A program made the position numbers and the translations under genes. This document shows, one piece after another, positions 28,160 through 37,528 of a stretch of DNA of 64,000 nt (positions are counted from its first letter, which is position 1; the number at the start of each line of letters is the position of its first letter). The stretch covers positions 11,505 through 75,504 of the forward strand of contig JAFVVN010000039.1 in NCBI GenBank assembly GCA_017502125.1, given 5' to 3'. The stretch is from Bacteroidales bacterium (lineage in GTDB: Bacteria > Bacteroidota > Bacteroidia > Bacteroidales > UBA932). The notes beneath the pieces were generated by a model that did not search any database, had not been told where the DNA came from, and worked only from the letters and a program-made list of their open reading frames with translations.

Positions 28160-29542
28160 CTACATGGACAAGACGTCCTGACGTTTCATCTTCTTCCAGT
28201 TCATCACAGGCAGGACGAAGGAAACAACGGAGGCTGCTATCCAGAACCACGAGACCGGTCCGAAGTCATATATGTCGACCCCGTCCACCTCCGTCATGAA
28301 CCCCTGGATAAGATATCCGCTGGTGATGTCCTGCAGTCCTGCAGCCATATAGCTCGATATTCCCACGACACCCAGCGCAGCCCCTGTGGCCTTGCGGGGC
28401 ACTATATCCACAGCCATAAGTCCGGCGACGATGCAGTACAGCACCCCCACCGAAAGGCTGAACAAAGATACATAAAAGATGTTCATACCAAAGTTTCCTC
28501 CGACGAACAGAAAGAGAAAGAGGGACAGAGTGCTCAAAAACCCGGACAGAACGGCGGGCTTGACCCTGTCGCTCCTGAACACCTTGTCGGAAAGCCAGCC
28601 GGCGATGACCGTTCCCAGCACTCCGAAAGCGGCCGAGAATGCAATGACCTGAGTGGCATCTTCAAGGGAGAAGCCCCTGGCCTTCTGAAGGAAGAGCACA
28701 CCCCAGCCGGCAATGGCATATTTCGTCACATATATGAATGCACTCGAAAGGGCTATCACCCATATTCCCGGATGCTTCACTATCATCTTCTGAAGATCCC
28801 TGGTAGGCATCCTGTCCTGTTTGGTCACCTGCTCTCCGGAAAGCGTCTGGACTGAAGGGAGTCCCTTGCTCTCAGGGGTGTCGCTCACGAACAGGAGGAT
28901 GATGAGAGAGCCGACAAGTCCTGCCACAGAAGCCACCAGGAAGCCGTATTCCCATCCAAGCGCGCCGACGACGAAACCGGTCACTATGAATGACAGGAAC
29001 TCCCCTATGTACGGGCTGGAACTGAAGAGGCTGTAATAGGTCCCCCTCTTTGACTGAGGGAACCAGCGTGACAGACTTATCACTCCCGGAGGGGATCCCA
29101 TGGACTGGGCCCAGCCGTTCAGGCCCCACATCACGGCGAAGGCGGCGAATATGATGACCGACGGAATACCCACAGGACCGCGCATAAGTCCCATGGCTCC
29201 CATCAGAAGATTCACCAGGGCGGAAATGAAGAGCCCGGTGGCCATGAAGCGGCGCACATTGCAGTAGTCGGCGATGAAACCGTTCATGAACTTGCCCACG
29301 GCATATACGAAAAGGAGGGCAGAGCCTATAAGTCCGAGCTCACCCGCCGTCAGCACGCCTTCGTCGATGAGAGGCTGCTTGACCACGCTCAGGCTCATCC
29401 TGCAGACATAATACAGGCTATAGGCAACTGTTGCACCCCAAAAAGTCCTGCGGCGCAAGGAACGGTATGTCTCCTCCACCCTGTCAGGTTCCACCGGCTC
29501 GGCCGACGGCTTGCTGATTCTGTAGAATTTATATAGCCCCAT
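28160..29542 (-). CDS. MFS organophosphate:Pi antiporter family protein (GlpT/UhpT/UhpC-like)
   Basis: YSLYYVCR, YAVGKFMNGFIAD, NGWAQSMG, RWFPQSKRGT, DTPESKGLP, VPRKATGAALG. Confidence 0.88.
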   Translation of the reverse strand: MGLYKFYRISKPSAEPVEPDRVEETYRSLRRRTFWGATVAYSLYYVCRMSLSVVKQPLIDEGVLTAGELGLIGSALLFVYAVGKFMNGFIADYCNVRRFMATGLFISALVNLLMGAMGLMRGPVGIPSVIIFAAFAVMWGLNGWAQSMGSPPGVISLSRWFPQSKRGTYYSLFSSSPYIGEFLSFIVTGFVVGALGWEYGFLVASVAGLVGSLIILLFVSDTPESKGLPSVQTLSGEQVTKQDRMPTRDLQKMIVKHPGIWVIALSSAFIYVTKYAIAGWGVLFLQKARGFSLEDATQVIAFSAAFGVLGTVIAGWLSDKVFRSDRVKPAVLSGFLSTLSLFLFLFVGGNFGMNIFYVSLFSLSVGVLYCIVAGLMAVDIVPRKATGAALGVVGISSYMAAGLQDITSGYLIQGFMTEVDGVDIYDFGPVSWFWIAASVVSFVLPVMNWKKMKRQDVLSM

Positions 29543-29587
29543 ATATCATTTCTTGACCCGCCGGTTCACTCGGCAAACTATGCGGGG

Positions 29588-29624
29588 CAAAGTTATAAAT
29601 TTTTCGTTTTTATTACTACATTTG
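29588..29624. promoter_or_regulatory. Back-to-back Bacteroidota -7 elements
   Basis: TAACTTTG on minus (29595-29588) and TACATTTG on plus (29617-29624). Confidence 0.7.
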
Positions 29625-29689
29625 TATGCTGACGTGCCTGTGCACGAGCATTACACTGAAATTTTATATAACCAACTAAACTCTATCGT

Positions 29690-32674
29690 ATGAGAAAATA
29701 TCTGACTATGGTGATGCTGCTCCTCATCAGCATGAGCATTCATGCCCAGCAGCATTCTGTAAGAGGTACGGTGGTGGACCAGAACGGTTATCCTGTCATC
29801 GGCATGACAGTCGTCGAACAGGGTACCCAGAACGGTACTACCACTGATGTTGACGGTAAATGGAAGCTGAATGTCTCTTCGGGGGGGGCATCGCTGGAGT
29901 TCACATCTCTTGGCTATGCGACAGTGGTCGAGAAGATCAACGGACGTGCAGTCATTGATGTGGTTTCGGCAGAGGAAGCCCTTCAACTGGATGCCGTGGT
30001 GGCTATCGGTTACGGTACCGTACGCAAGAGGGACCTTACCACAGCCGTGTCCACAGTTTCCACAGAAGACACCAGGCTCCGTCCGGTGACTGAGGCATCA
30101 GGCTTCATCCAGGGTAAGGTGGCCGGTGTGACCGTGCAGCAGACCAGCGGACTTCCGGGATCCGGAATGACCGTACGCGTCCGTGGTGCATCTTCGATCG
30201 CTTCATCCAACGATCCGCTTTATGTAGTGGACGGTGTCCCTGTAGGTACAGGTAACTATGCCATCGCATATCTCTCCCCACAGGACATCGAGACAATGCA
30301 GATCCTCAAGGACGCATCGTCTGCAGCGATCTACGGTTCGCGTGCAGCCAACGGAGTGGTCCTCATCACCACCAAGCAGGGCAAGAAGAGCAAGGGTCCT
30401 CAGATCAACTTCAATGCTTCCGTCGGCCTTGCAAACGTGGCAAAGACATACGAGGTCCTCAACACCGCAGAGTACATTGAGCTCATGAACGAGATCAAAA
30501 TGGTCAAGTTCCCTGATGATGTGGAGCTCAAGGACGAGACCGACTGGTTCGAAGAGACATATCGCACCGGAATAAATCAGAACTATCAGATCTCCGTGGC
30601 CAACGGAAATGACAAGATGAGATATTACCTCGGTGCCGGCTACTCTGACGAGCAGGGAGTTCTTCCTGTCGCATATAATAAAAGGTATAATGTGAAGGCC
30701 AGCTTCGACGCCGACCTCTTCAAGTGGATTTCTGCAGGAGTGAACATGGCCTATTCAAGCTACCGCAACAACGGAATCATCTCCGGTACAGGTTCGAACC
30801 GCGCCGGTGTCGTTCTTTCCGTAGTCAACACTCCTACATATGCAAAGGTATGGAGCGAAGACAATCCTGCCCACTACTGGAACTCGTTCTACGGAGCCAA
30901 CCTCTCCACTCCTATTGAGAATATGGCCAGAACCGAGAACAACTACAGCCAGACAGACCGTCTCCTCCTCACCGGAAACATCACTCTGAAGTTCCACAAG
31001 AAGGTGAACTTCAAGTCGACCGTGACGATGGACCGCAGATGGGTTCACAACTTTTCGTTCCTCGACCCTGTCACCACTTCGTACGGAAGGACCCAGAAGG
31101 GTGAGGCTTCTTCCGAGAGAAGCGATGACATGAGAATGGTCTACGACAACATCCTCACATACAATGACGTATGGGCAGGCAAGCACAACTTCGAGGCTAT
31201 GGCAGGTACTTCAGCCACGACATCACGCTGGGAGAATCTCTCCGGTTCGAGAAGCCACTTCTCTCCAGAGAACTACGACGCCATCTTCGGTCTCAACGGA
31301 GGTAACAAGGGCGGGCTGAGAGGTCAGAGCCAGGGCTATTCGGAGTGGGCGATAATGTCATATCTCGCACGTGTCTCATATAACTACGACAGCAAGTACT
31401 ATATCACTGCGAACTTCCGTGCCGACGGTTCTTCAAAGCTTGCTCCCGGTCACAGATGGGGCCTTTTCCCTTCAGTTTCAGCTGCTTGGCGTCTGTCTGG
31501 AGAGGACTGGCTCAAGGATGTGAGCTGGATCAGCGACCTCAAGGTGCGAGTGGGCTGGGGACAGCAGGGTAACCAGTCAGGTCTTGCCGACTATGCATGG
31601 GTGCAGAACTATGGAATCAACTATTTCGACTGGACCGAGAACGAGCATGTAGACTCGGTGCCTACAGTGGGAAGCCGCACTAACATGGGTAACAAGGGAC
31701 TCTCATGGGAGACCACCACACAGGCAAACGTCGGTATCGACTGGTCCATGTTCCGTGGCAGACTGGGAGTGACTCTCGACGGATACTACAAGTATACCAA
31801 GGACCTCCTCATGAGCGTTCCTCTTCCTGCTCCATATCCAAGCATCTACCGCAACGAGGGTGAGATGTCGAACTGGGGTCTTGAGCTTGCTGTGAATTCC
31901 GTGAACATCGAGAAGAACGGATGGTCATGGACCACCGATTTCAATATTTCCATGAACAGGAACATGCTTGAGCATCTCGACCTCCAGCAGGTATATTACT
32001 ACACCTCGACTTCAGAGGCGCACTCTGAGAACATCGTCAGGATGACTCCTGGTCAGCCTCTCTCGATGTTCTGGGGGCTCAAGGCCCTGGGAATCGACCC
32101 TGAGACAGGTATGGTGATATATGAGGACAAGAATGAAGACGGACTGATCAATGTTGCCGACAAACAGTATATCGGTAACGCAAACCCTTGGTTCACAGCA
32201 GGTATGACAAACAATATCAGCTGGAAGGGTCTCAGCCTCAGCGTCCTGATGACAGCATCTGTCGGAAACGACATATACAATGCATCACGCATCGAGATGA
32301 TCGGTATGTACTCGGGCGCCAACCAGCTGAAGAGCGTTCTCAGACGCTGGCGTACCCCTGGTCAGATCACTGACATACCTAAGGGTGGTGAGCTGGACAA
32401 CCTCAAGGCATCCACAAGATGGGTGGAGGACGGTTCATATCTCAAGATCAAGAACATCACCCTCTCATATAATATAACACATCCGGCTCTCAGGAAGGCA
32501 AACATCTCAAGGATCCAGCCGTACATAACCCTGGACAACATGATCACCTTCACGAAGTACTCAGGCTATGACCCTGAAATGAGCCAGTATACAAGCGCGA
32601 CCAGCATGGGAGTCGACTGGGGAACATATCCTTGCGTCAAGACCGTTCTGTTCGGAGTTAATGTTGAATTCTAA
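29690..32674 (+). CDS. susC: SusC/RagA TonB-dependent transporter
   Basis: VRVRGASS, NDPLYVVDGVP, ILKDASSAAIYGSRAANGVVLITTK, LSWETT, ends GVNVEF. Confidence 0.96.
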   Translation: MRKYLTMVMLLLISMSIHAQQHSVRGTVVDQNGYPVIGMTVVEQGTQNGTTTDVDGKWKLNVSSGGASLEFTSLGYATVVEKINGRAVIDVVSAEEALQLDAVVAIGYGTVRKRDLTTAVSTVSTEDTRLRPVTEASGFIQGKVAGVTVQQTSGLPGSGMTVRVRGASSIASSNDPLYVVDGVPVGTGNYAIAYLSPQDIETMQILKDASSAAIYGSRAANGVVLITTKQGKKSKGPQINFNASVGLANVAKTYEVLNTAEYIELMNEIKMVKFPDDVELKDETDWFEETYRTGINQNYQISVANGNDKMRYYLGAGYSDEQGVLPVAYNKRYNVKASFDADLFKWISAGVNMAYSSYRNNGIISGTGSNRAGVVLSVVNTPTYAKVWSEDNPAHYWNSFYGANLSTPIENMARTENNYSQTDRLLLTGNITLKFHKKVNFKSTVTMDRRWVHNFSFLDPVTTSYGRTQKGEASSERSDDMRMVYDNILTYNDVWAGKHNFEAMAGTSATTSRWENLSGSRSHFSPENYDAIFGLNGGNKGGLRGQSQGYSEWAIMSYLARVSYNYDSKYYITANFRADGSSKLAPGHRWGLFPSVSAAWRLSGEDWLKDVSWISDLKVRVGWGQQGNQSGLADYAWVQNYGINYFDWTENEHVDSVPTVGSRTNMGNKGLSWETTTQANVGIDWSMFRGRLGVTLDGYYKYTKDLLMSVPLPAPYPSIYRNEGEMSNWGLELAVNSVNIEKNGWSWTTDFNISMNRNMLEHLDLQQVYYYTSTSEAHSENIVRMTPGQPLSMFWGLKALGIDPETGMVIYEDKNEDGLINVADKQYIGNANPWFTAGMTNNISWKGLSLSVLMTASVGNDIYNASRIEMIGMYSGANQLKSVLRRWRTPGQITDIPKGGELDNLKASTRWVEDGSYLKIKNITLSYNITHPALRKANISRIQPYITLDNMITFTKYSGYDPEMSQYTSATSMGVDWGTYPCVKTVLFGVNVEF

Positions 32675-32676
32675 AG

Positions 32677-34230
32677 ATGAGAAGCAGTATGAAAAAGATT
32701 TATATGTTTATGGCGGCAGCTGCAATTGTTTCTCTGACATCTTGTGATCTTGACCTGTATCCTGAAACCGGATACAATGAGGGAAATGTGGTCGTGGATG
32801 AGGAAACTGAATCCCAGTATACGACAAAGGAAGATATTTCCGGACTTGTTTCAGCAATGTACAACAGCTGGCTCAAGAGCAATGTCATGCAGGAGGGTAT
32901 CTTCCTTGACGGAATGGTATATGCCGAGTGCCGTTCGGACAATGCATATGGCGGAAACCCTGGAACAGGAGAACTCATGGCCATCGAAGCCAACAAGCAG
33001 GACGGTGACAACAAGAATGTCAAGCGTGACTGGAACTACTATCAGGAGGCTGTCGGATATGCAAACCAGATCGTATGCAACATCGACCGCATAAAGGAGA
33101 TGGATCCGAGCATGACGGAACTTGAATACAAGCATTGGAAGTCACAGGGATTGTGCATGAAGGCATATGCCCTCTATCAGATGTCCCTCATCTGGGGAGA
33201 CATTCCTGTGCAGAACTCCATCCCGCCTGCGATCACGGCAGAGAATGTCGAGGAAGTCTACTTCGAATACTATCCTCCACGCACACCTAAGGACGATGTC
33301 TACCAGCAGCTTATCAACGACCTCACCTGGGCTGCAGAGAACGGACCTGAGGTCAATCCGTCAAACAAATACCTGCTTTCAAAGGCATTTGCACATGGAA
33401 TGCTGGCAAGGGTGTACGCAGAGAAATCCGCTCATCAGGACTGGACCAAGGTTGCCGAGCAGTGCGAAATCGTGGAAGGAATGGGCTTCACACTTTGCGA
33501 TGACTACGGTCAGATGTGGGAATATGACGATAACGATGCTGTGAGAAACACCTCAGAGTCCATCTTCGAGGTGACATGGACCCGCGACCAGGGCAACTGG
33601 ATCTGGATGATGTACCACAGAAACTACTATGACCCCAACAACTCATACACCTGGATCAAGTGGATCACTCCTTCGAGAGACCTTATTGCCGCTTATGCCG
33701 CTGAGGGCGACACCGAGAGAGCGAATGCATGTATAACATACGACCAGACCGGTGTCGATGTGAACAGTGCATGGTCCAACTACTATCCGGCAGACAATTA
33801 CGCGTTCATGCATAAGTGTCCTACAAATGCCAGCAGTACCATCCTCATGCGTCTGGGCGAGATCTATCTCCTTCACGCCGAGGCTCTCTGCATGACAGGT
33901 GACCTTGCCGGATCGACAGAGTATGTGAACAAGATCCGCCGTCGCGCAGGAATCAAGGAAATCGCCGTTCCAGGTGGTCAGGATGCAATGATTGACGCAG
34001 TCCTCCATGAGCGCCGTCTCGAACTTGCCTTCGAGGGCTTCCGTTTCTGGGATCTCGTGCGTCACGGAAAGGCAGTCGAGGTTCATAATGCAATGTCCGA
34101 CCCTGCATCTCCACGCTACGACAAATACTGGCAGGTGAGAAGACCTCTGACGGAGAACACCATCCTCATGCCTATCCCTCAGGAAGCGCTTGAGAACAAC
34201 CCAAGTCTTGTTCAGAATCCTGGATATTAA
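32677..34230 (+). CDS. susD: RagB/SusD lipoprotein
   Basis: SLTSC lipobox (start may be ATG 32689); MRLGEIYLLHAEA, ERRLELAFEGFRFWDLVR, QNPGY. Confidence 0.94.
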   Translation: MRSSMKKIYMFMAAAAIVSLTSCDLDLYPETGYNEGNVVVDEETESQYTTKEDISGLVSAMYNSWLKSNVMQEGIFLDGMVYAECRSDNAYGGNPGTGELMAIEANKQDGDNKNVKRDWNYYQEAVGYANQIVCNIDRIKEMDPSMTELEYKHWKSQGLCMKAYALYQMSLIWGDIPVQNSIPPAITAENVEEVYFEYYPPRTPKDDVYQQLINDLTWAAENGPEVNPSNKYLLSKAFAHGMLARVYAEKSAHQDWTKVAEQCEIVEGMGFTLCDDYGQMWEYDDNDAVRNTSESIFEVTWTRDQGNWIWMMYHRNYYDPNNSYTWIKWITPSRDLIAAYAAEGDTERANACITYDQTGVDVNSAWSNYYPADNYAFMHKCPTNASSTILMRLGEIYLLHAEALCMTGDLAGSTEYVNKIRRRAGIKEIAVPGGQDAMIDAVLHERRLELAFEGFRFWDLVRHGKAVEVHNAMSDPASPRYDKYWQVRRPLTENTILMPIPQEALENNPSLVQNPGY

Positions 34231-34236
34231 CAGATT

Positions 34237-35778
34237 ATGAAAAGAATATTTACAATAACAGCCATTGCGTGCCTATGTGCATGCAACTGCACACCTGCTG
34301 AAAAGCCTGAAGAAGGCAAGGGTCCCGAGACCGAGACCCCGGAAGTGGTGGAGAAGGATGTGACGACATATGTCACAATGGCCAACCAGACCCTTCTGTT
34401 CAAGAAATCGGGATTCGATTTCAGCAAGCCCGGCAGCATGTCGCCCAATCAGGTGACCTACGACAAGTCCAAGACCCTTCAGGAGATCGACGGCTTCGGT
34501 CTTGCCGTGACCACTGCATCGTGCTACAACCTTCTTCAGATGCCGCAGGCGGAGAGGACGGCCTTCCTCACCGAGCTGTTCTCCAAGGACCGGATAGGTT
34601 CAAGCCTCATCCGCGTGTCGATAGGAGCTTCAGACTTCTGCACCGCAGACAACTACACCTGGTGCGACACTGAGGGACTGGAGAACTTTGCTGTACATTC
34701 AGAGGACAGAAACCTTCTGTTCCCCATCCTCAAGGAAATATATGCGATCAACCCTGACGTGAAGATCATCGGTTCTCCGTGGTCCTGTCCTCTGTGGATG
34801 AAAGGCGGATCCTGGGGATATGAGGGATATGATGAAACTCAGCTTGAACAGCAGCTTAACAGCTGGACGAGCGGCCGTCTGAGACCTTCATGCTATGATG
34901 ATTATGCAGAGTATTTCGTGAAGTGGATACAGACAATGGAGGCAGAAGGCTTCGACATCTATGCTGTGACCATGCAGAACGAGCCACTCAACCACCGTAA
35001 CTCCATGTCTCTGTACATGCCTTGGAAGGATCAGCTCAAGTTCATAAAGATTCTCGGCCCTGCGATCGAGAAGGCCGGTCTCGACACCAGGATCATGCTG
35101 TTCGACCATAATTTCAACTATGACGACAAGCACGACCAGAACAACTATCCGTTGAACATCTATGCAGACCCTGAAGCCTCGAAGTGGGCAGCCGGTTCGG
35201 CATGGCATAACTACGGCGGAAGCGTGACCGAGCTTGATGAGATCTACTCCACTTATCCTGACAAGGGAATCTGGTTCACCGAGGCTTCCATCGGAGAGTG
35301 GAACTATGACCAGGGAGGACAGGTGGGAGGAAGATTTAATCCGTTCGTGCTTGATGAGTTCTCCAACGTATTCATGGGCACGATGTCACGCGGAGGAAAG
35401 GGTGTGACCTACTGGAACCTCATGCTTGACCAGAACAAGGGTCCATACAGTCCTCACGACGGTTCGTGCAAGACATGTTACGGCGGAGTCACCATCAACT
35501 CGGCTGACTATAAGAGCATTACAAAGAACGCTCACTGGTATCACGTGGCTCATGCGTCATCAGTCGTGAAGCCTGGAGCAAAGAGACTGGAGACAGGTGG
35601 AATGGATTTCCCTGCACGGTTCGAGTGCCAGATGTTCCTCAATCCGGACAACACGGTAGGAGTGCTCATCTGCAACAAGCTCGATGACGAACTTCCTATA
35701 ATCTTTGCGAACACCAAGTTCACCGTGAAGTATACTGTTCCTGCAAAGAGCCTTGTCTCTCTTATCTGGCAGGAGTAA
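34237..35778 (+). CDS. GH30 glycoside hydrolase, subfamily 3-like (endo-beta-1,6-glucanase), lipoprotein
   Basis: GFGLAVTTASCYNLL, RVSIGASDF, SPWSCPLWMK, acid/base QNEP, FDHN, nucleophile WFTEASIG, YWNLMLD, resembling BT3312. Confidence 0.85.
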   Translation: MKRIFTITAIACLCACNCTPAEKPEEGKGPETETPEVVEKDVTTYVTMANQTLLFKKSGFDFSKPGSMSPNQVTYDKSKTLQEIDGFGLAVTTASCYNLLQMPQAERTAFLTELFSKDRIGSSLIRVSIGASDFCTADNYTWCDTEGLENFAVHSEDRNLLFPILKEIYAINPDVKIIGSPWSCPLWMKGGSWGYEGYDETQLEQQLNSWTSGRLRPSCYDDYAEYFVKWIQTMEAEGFDIYAVTMQNEPLNHRNSMSLYMPWKDQLKFIKILGPAIEKAGLDTRIMLFDHNFNYDDKHDQNNYPLNIYADPEASKWAAGSAWHNYGGSVTELDEIYSTYPDKGIWFTEASIGEWNYDQGGQVGGRFNPFVLDEFSNVFMGTMSRGGKGVTYWNLMLDQNKGPYSPHDGSCKTCYGGVTINSADYKSITKNAHWYHVAHASSVVKPGAKRLETGGMDFPARFECQMFLNPDNTVGVLICNKLDDELPIIFANTKFTVKYTVPAKSLVSLIWQE

Positions 35779-35780
35779 AA

Positions 35781-35830
35781 GCCGTCATTCCGGCATATTT
35801 CAGCCGTCATTCCCGACTCGACCGGGAATC
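35781..35830. repeat. REP unit (family A) with a short upstream duplication
   Basis: GTCATTCCCGACTCGACCGGGAATC 35806-35830; GCCGTCATTCC present at 35781 and 35803. Confidence 0.75.
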
Positions 35831-35846
35831 TAAAAACAAAAAAAAT

Positions 35847-37208
35847 ATGATTATGAACAGAATATACAAAACATTCATCGCTCTCTCAGCCCTCGTGGCA
35901 GTGTCATCCTGCTACAAGGAGCCGGAGTTTGAATTCGCCCAGAAAGGACCGGACATGACCATCACTTGTGACGAGTCAGCCCTGATGGGTGGAAAGATAG
36001 ACTTTACTGCAAACCTGACTGACGAGCAGTATCCTCTTTCAACTATAATAGCACAACTCTATTGGGATCTGGAGCTCGGCAACCCTGTAAGCGAGGTCGT
36101 GGTGAGGACCAAGAGTGAAGGAACATACCTCGGAAGCCTCCCCGTTCCGTTCGAGAAGCTGCTTCCTGACGGTATCGCCGCAGTAGTATTCAAGGCCACC
36201 AACACCCACCTTGGAGTGACATATGACACTACATATGTGTCGGTGACCCGTCCTAAGTTCGAGTCACTGACTCTTGCAAGCGGTGATTCCTGGAGAAAAA
36301 GTCTTACTCCTGTGGAAGGCGAGGAGTATGAATATTCATACACAGGTAATATTCCGTCAGATTTTGAGGCCTATATCACCACTCCTGCCATTGCCGGCAA
36401 GGGTACCGAGATCACCTTCGGATGGAATGGCAGGGAGATCGTCCCTGGCGGCACCAGCCCTATTCCTTTCGATATAGCAAAGAAAGGTACCATCACATTC
36501 AACACCAAGACCTTCGAGGGCAGTCCTTTCGTGAACATATGGATCAACGGAAGCAAGGCTGAGCCTACTCCTCAGGGTACATTCAAGGCATTGGTCAAGA
36601 TGACTAAGGGAGACAAGGTCGAGGCTGTCGGTGTAGAGGATTGGATCTATTGGTATCGTGATCCTGACCACTTCGTTCTCAAGGACGGTGCAATCTGCTT
36701 CAATGCTGTGGACGGACACTATACATTCGAAATGAACACCGAGCACAAGTTCGTGACTGTACGTCGTGCCAAGGAAGACGGTTCAGCAGCCACATACGCA
36801 GATGAAGGCGCCATCACATTCATGGGATGGGGTGTAGCTCATCCAGTGATGACCAATCAGTTCGCTTGGGACACCGGAGCATTGGTAACCCTCGCAGAGA
36901 TCGAGGATGGAGTATATCAGTTCTCTGGAAGGGCCGTTGAGGAAAAAGACGGCACAACTCTCGGCGGTGCATGGAGATATGACTATCTCTCGTTCAAGTT
37001 CTTCGGCCAGGCCGGCTGGGGCGCTGAATACGGCACTGTCACCCTCACTGAAAGAGCCAAGGAATACCTTGCAGTTCCAGGAAACGTCGAGCTCGCATCC
37101 GGTGTCCAGCTCGAGCTTGGAGCAGAATATGTGATGCAGGTGACTGACTGTACGCCACTCGATGCGAACAACAAGTTCAACTGTACCATTGACTTCTGGA
37201 AGAAGTAA
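35847..37208 (+). CDS. Surface glycan-binding lipoprotein (DUF5125/DUF5121-like)
   Basis: AVSSC lipobox; PLSTIIAQLY..SEVVVRTK, VTRPKF, SFKFFGQAGWGAE; position after GH30 as in the beta-1,6-glucan PUL. Confidence 0.7.
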   Translation: MIMNRIYKTFIALSALVAVSSCYKEPEFEFAQKGPDMTITCDESALMGGKIDFTANLTDEQYPLSTIIAQLYWDLELGNPVSEVVVRTKSEGTYLGSLPVPFEKLLPDGIAAVVFKATNTHLGVTYDTTYVSVTRPKFESLTLASGDSWRKSLTPVEGEEYEYSYTGNIPSDFEAYITTPAIAGKGTEITFGWNGREIVPGGTSPIPFDIAKKGTITFNTKTFEGSPFVNIWINGSKAEPTPQGTFKALVKMTKGDKVEAVGVEDWIYWYRDPDHFVLKDGAICFNAVDGHYTFEMNTEHKFVTVRRAKEDGSAATYADEGAITFMGWGVAHPVMTNQFAWDTGALVTLAEIEDGVYQFSGRAVEEKDGTTLGGAWRYDYLSFKFFGQAGWGAEYGTVTLTERAKEYLAVPGNVELASGVQLELGAEYVMQVTDCTPLDANNKFNCTIDFWKK

Positions 37209-37228
37209 CGATAACTTCCCGCAATAGC

Positions 37229-37262
37229 AAAGAGGCTGACCCAAAAGGTCAGTCTCTTTTGT
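37229..37262. terminator. Intrinsic terminator, likely bidirectional
   Basis: AAAGAGGCTGACC-CAAAA-GGTCAGTCTCTTT. Confidence 0.8.
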
Positions 37263-37280
37263 GTTTATAAGGATTGCACC

Positions 37281-37438
37281 GGGCTGATGGTAGGGATCGA
37301 GGAGGACTCTGTTCGCTACGCTCACTCCGGACCCTCCCAACGTTTCCTGCGTGGTCTTCGACCACTTGTCTCCGTCGGGTCCCTCCCGCTACCCGTTTCC
37401 GCGGGTGGACACGCCTCCTCAATCCCTACCATCAACCC
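37281..37438. mobile_element. 158-bp MITE-like or structured RNA element
   Basis: 25-bp terminal inverted repeats with 2 mismatches (37281-37305, 37414-37438) and three internal hairpins; no transposase nearby. Confidence 0.55.
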
Positions 37439-37461
37439 TCCTGAATTATACCATATTAAAT

Positions 37462-37490
37462 AGAAGCCGACCCAAAAGGGTCGGTTTCTT
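37462..37490. terminator. Hairpin terminator downstream of the MATE gene
   Basis: AGAAGCCGACCC-AAAA-GGGTCGGTTTCT. Confidence 0.75.
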
Positions 37491-37528
37491 GCTCTATATA
37501 TATCAGACTGGGAGGATGACATCATCGC

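Noticed and set aside
37281-37438. tRNA, 6S or SRP RNA
   Set aside because: One end resembles a tRNA T-arm/acceptor, but there is no cloverleaf, SRP core or 6S-like central bubble
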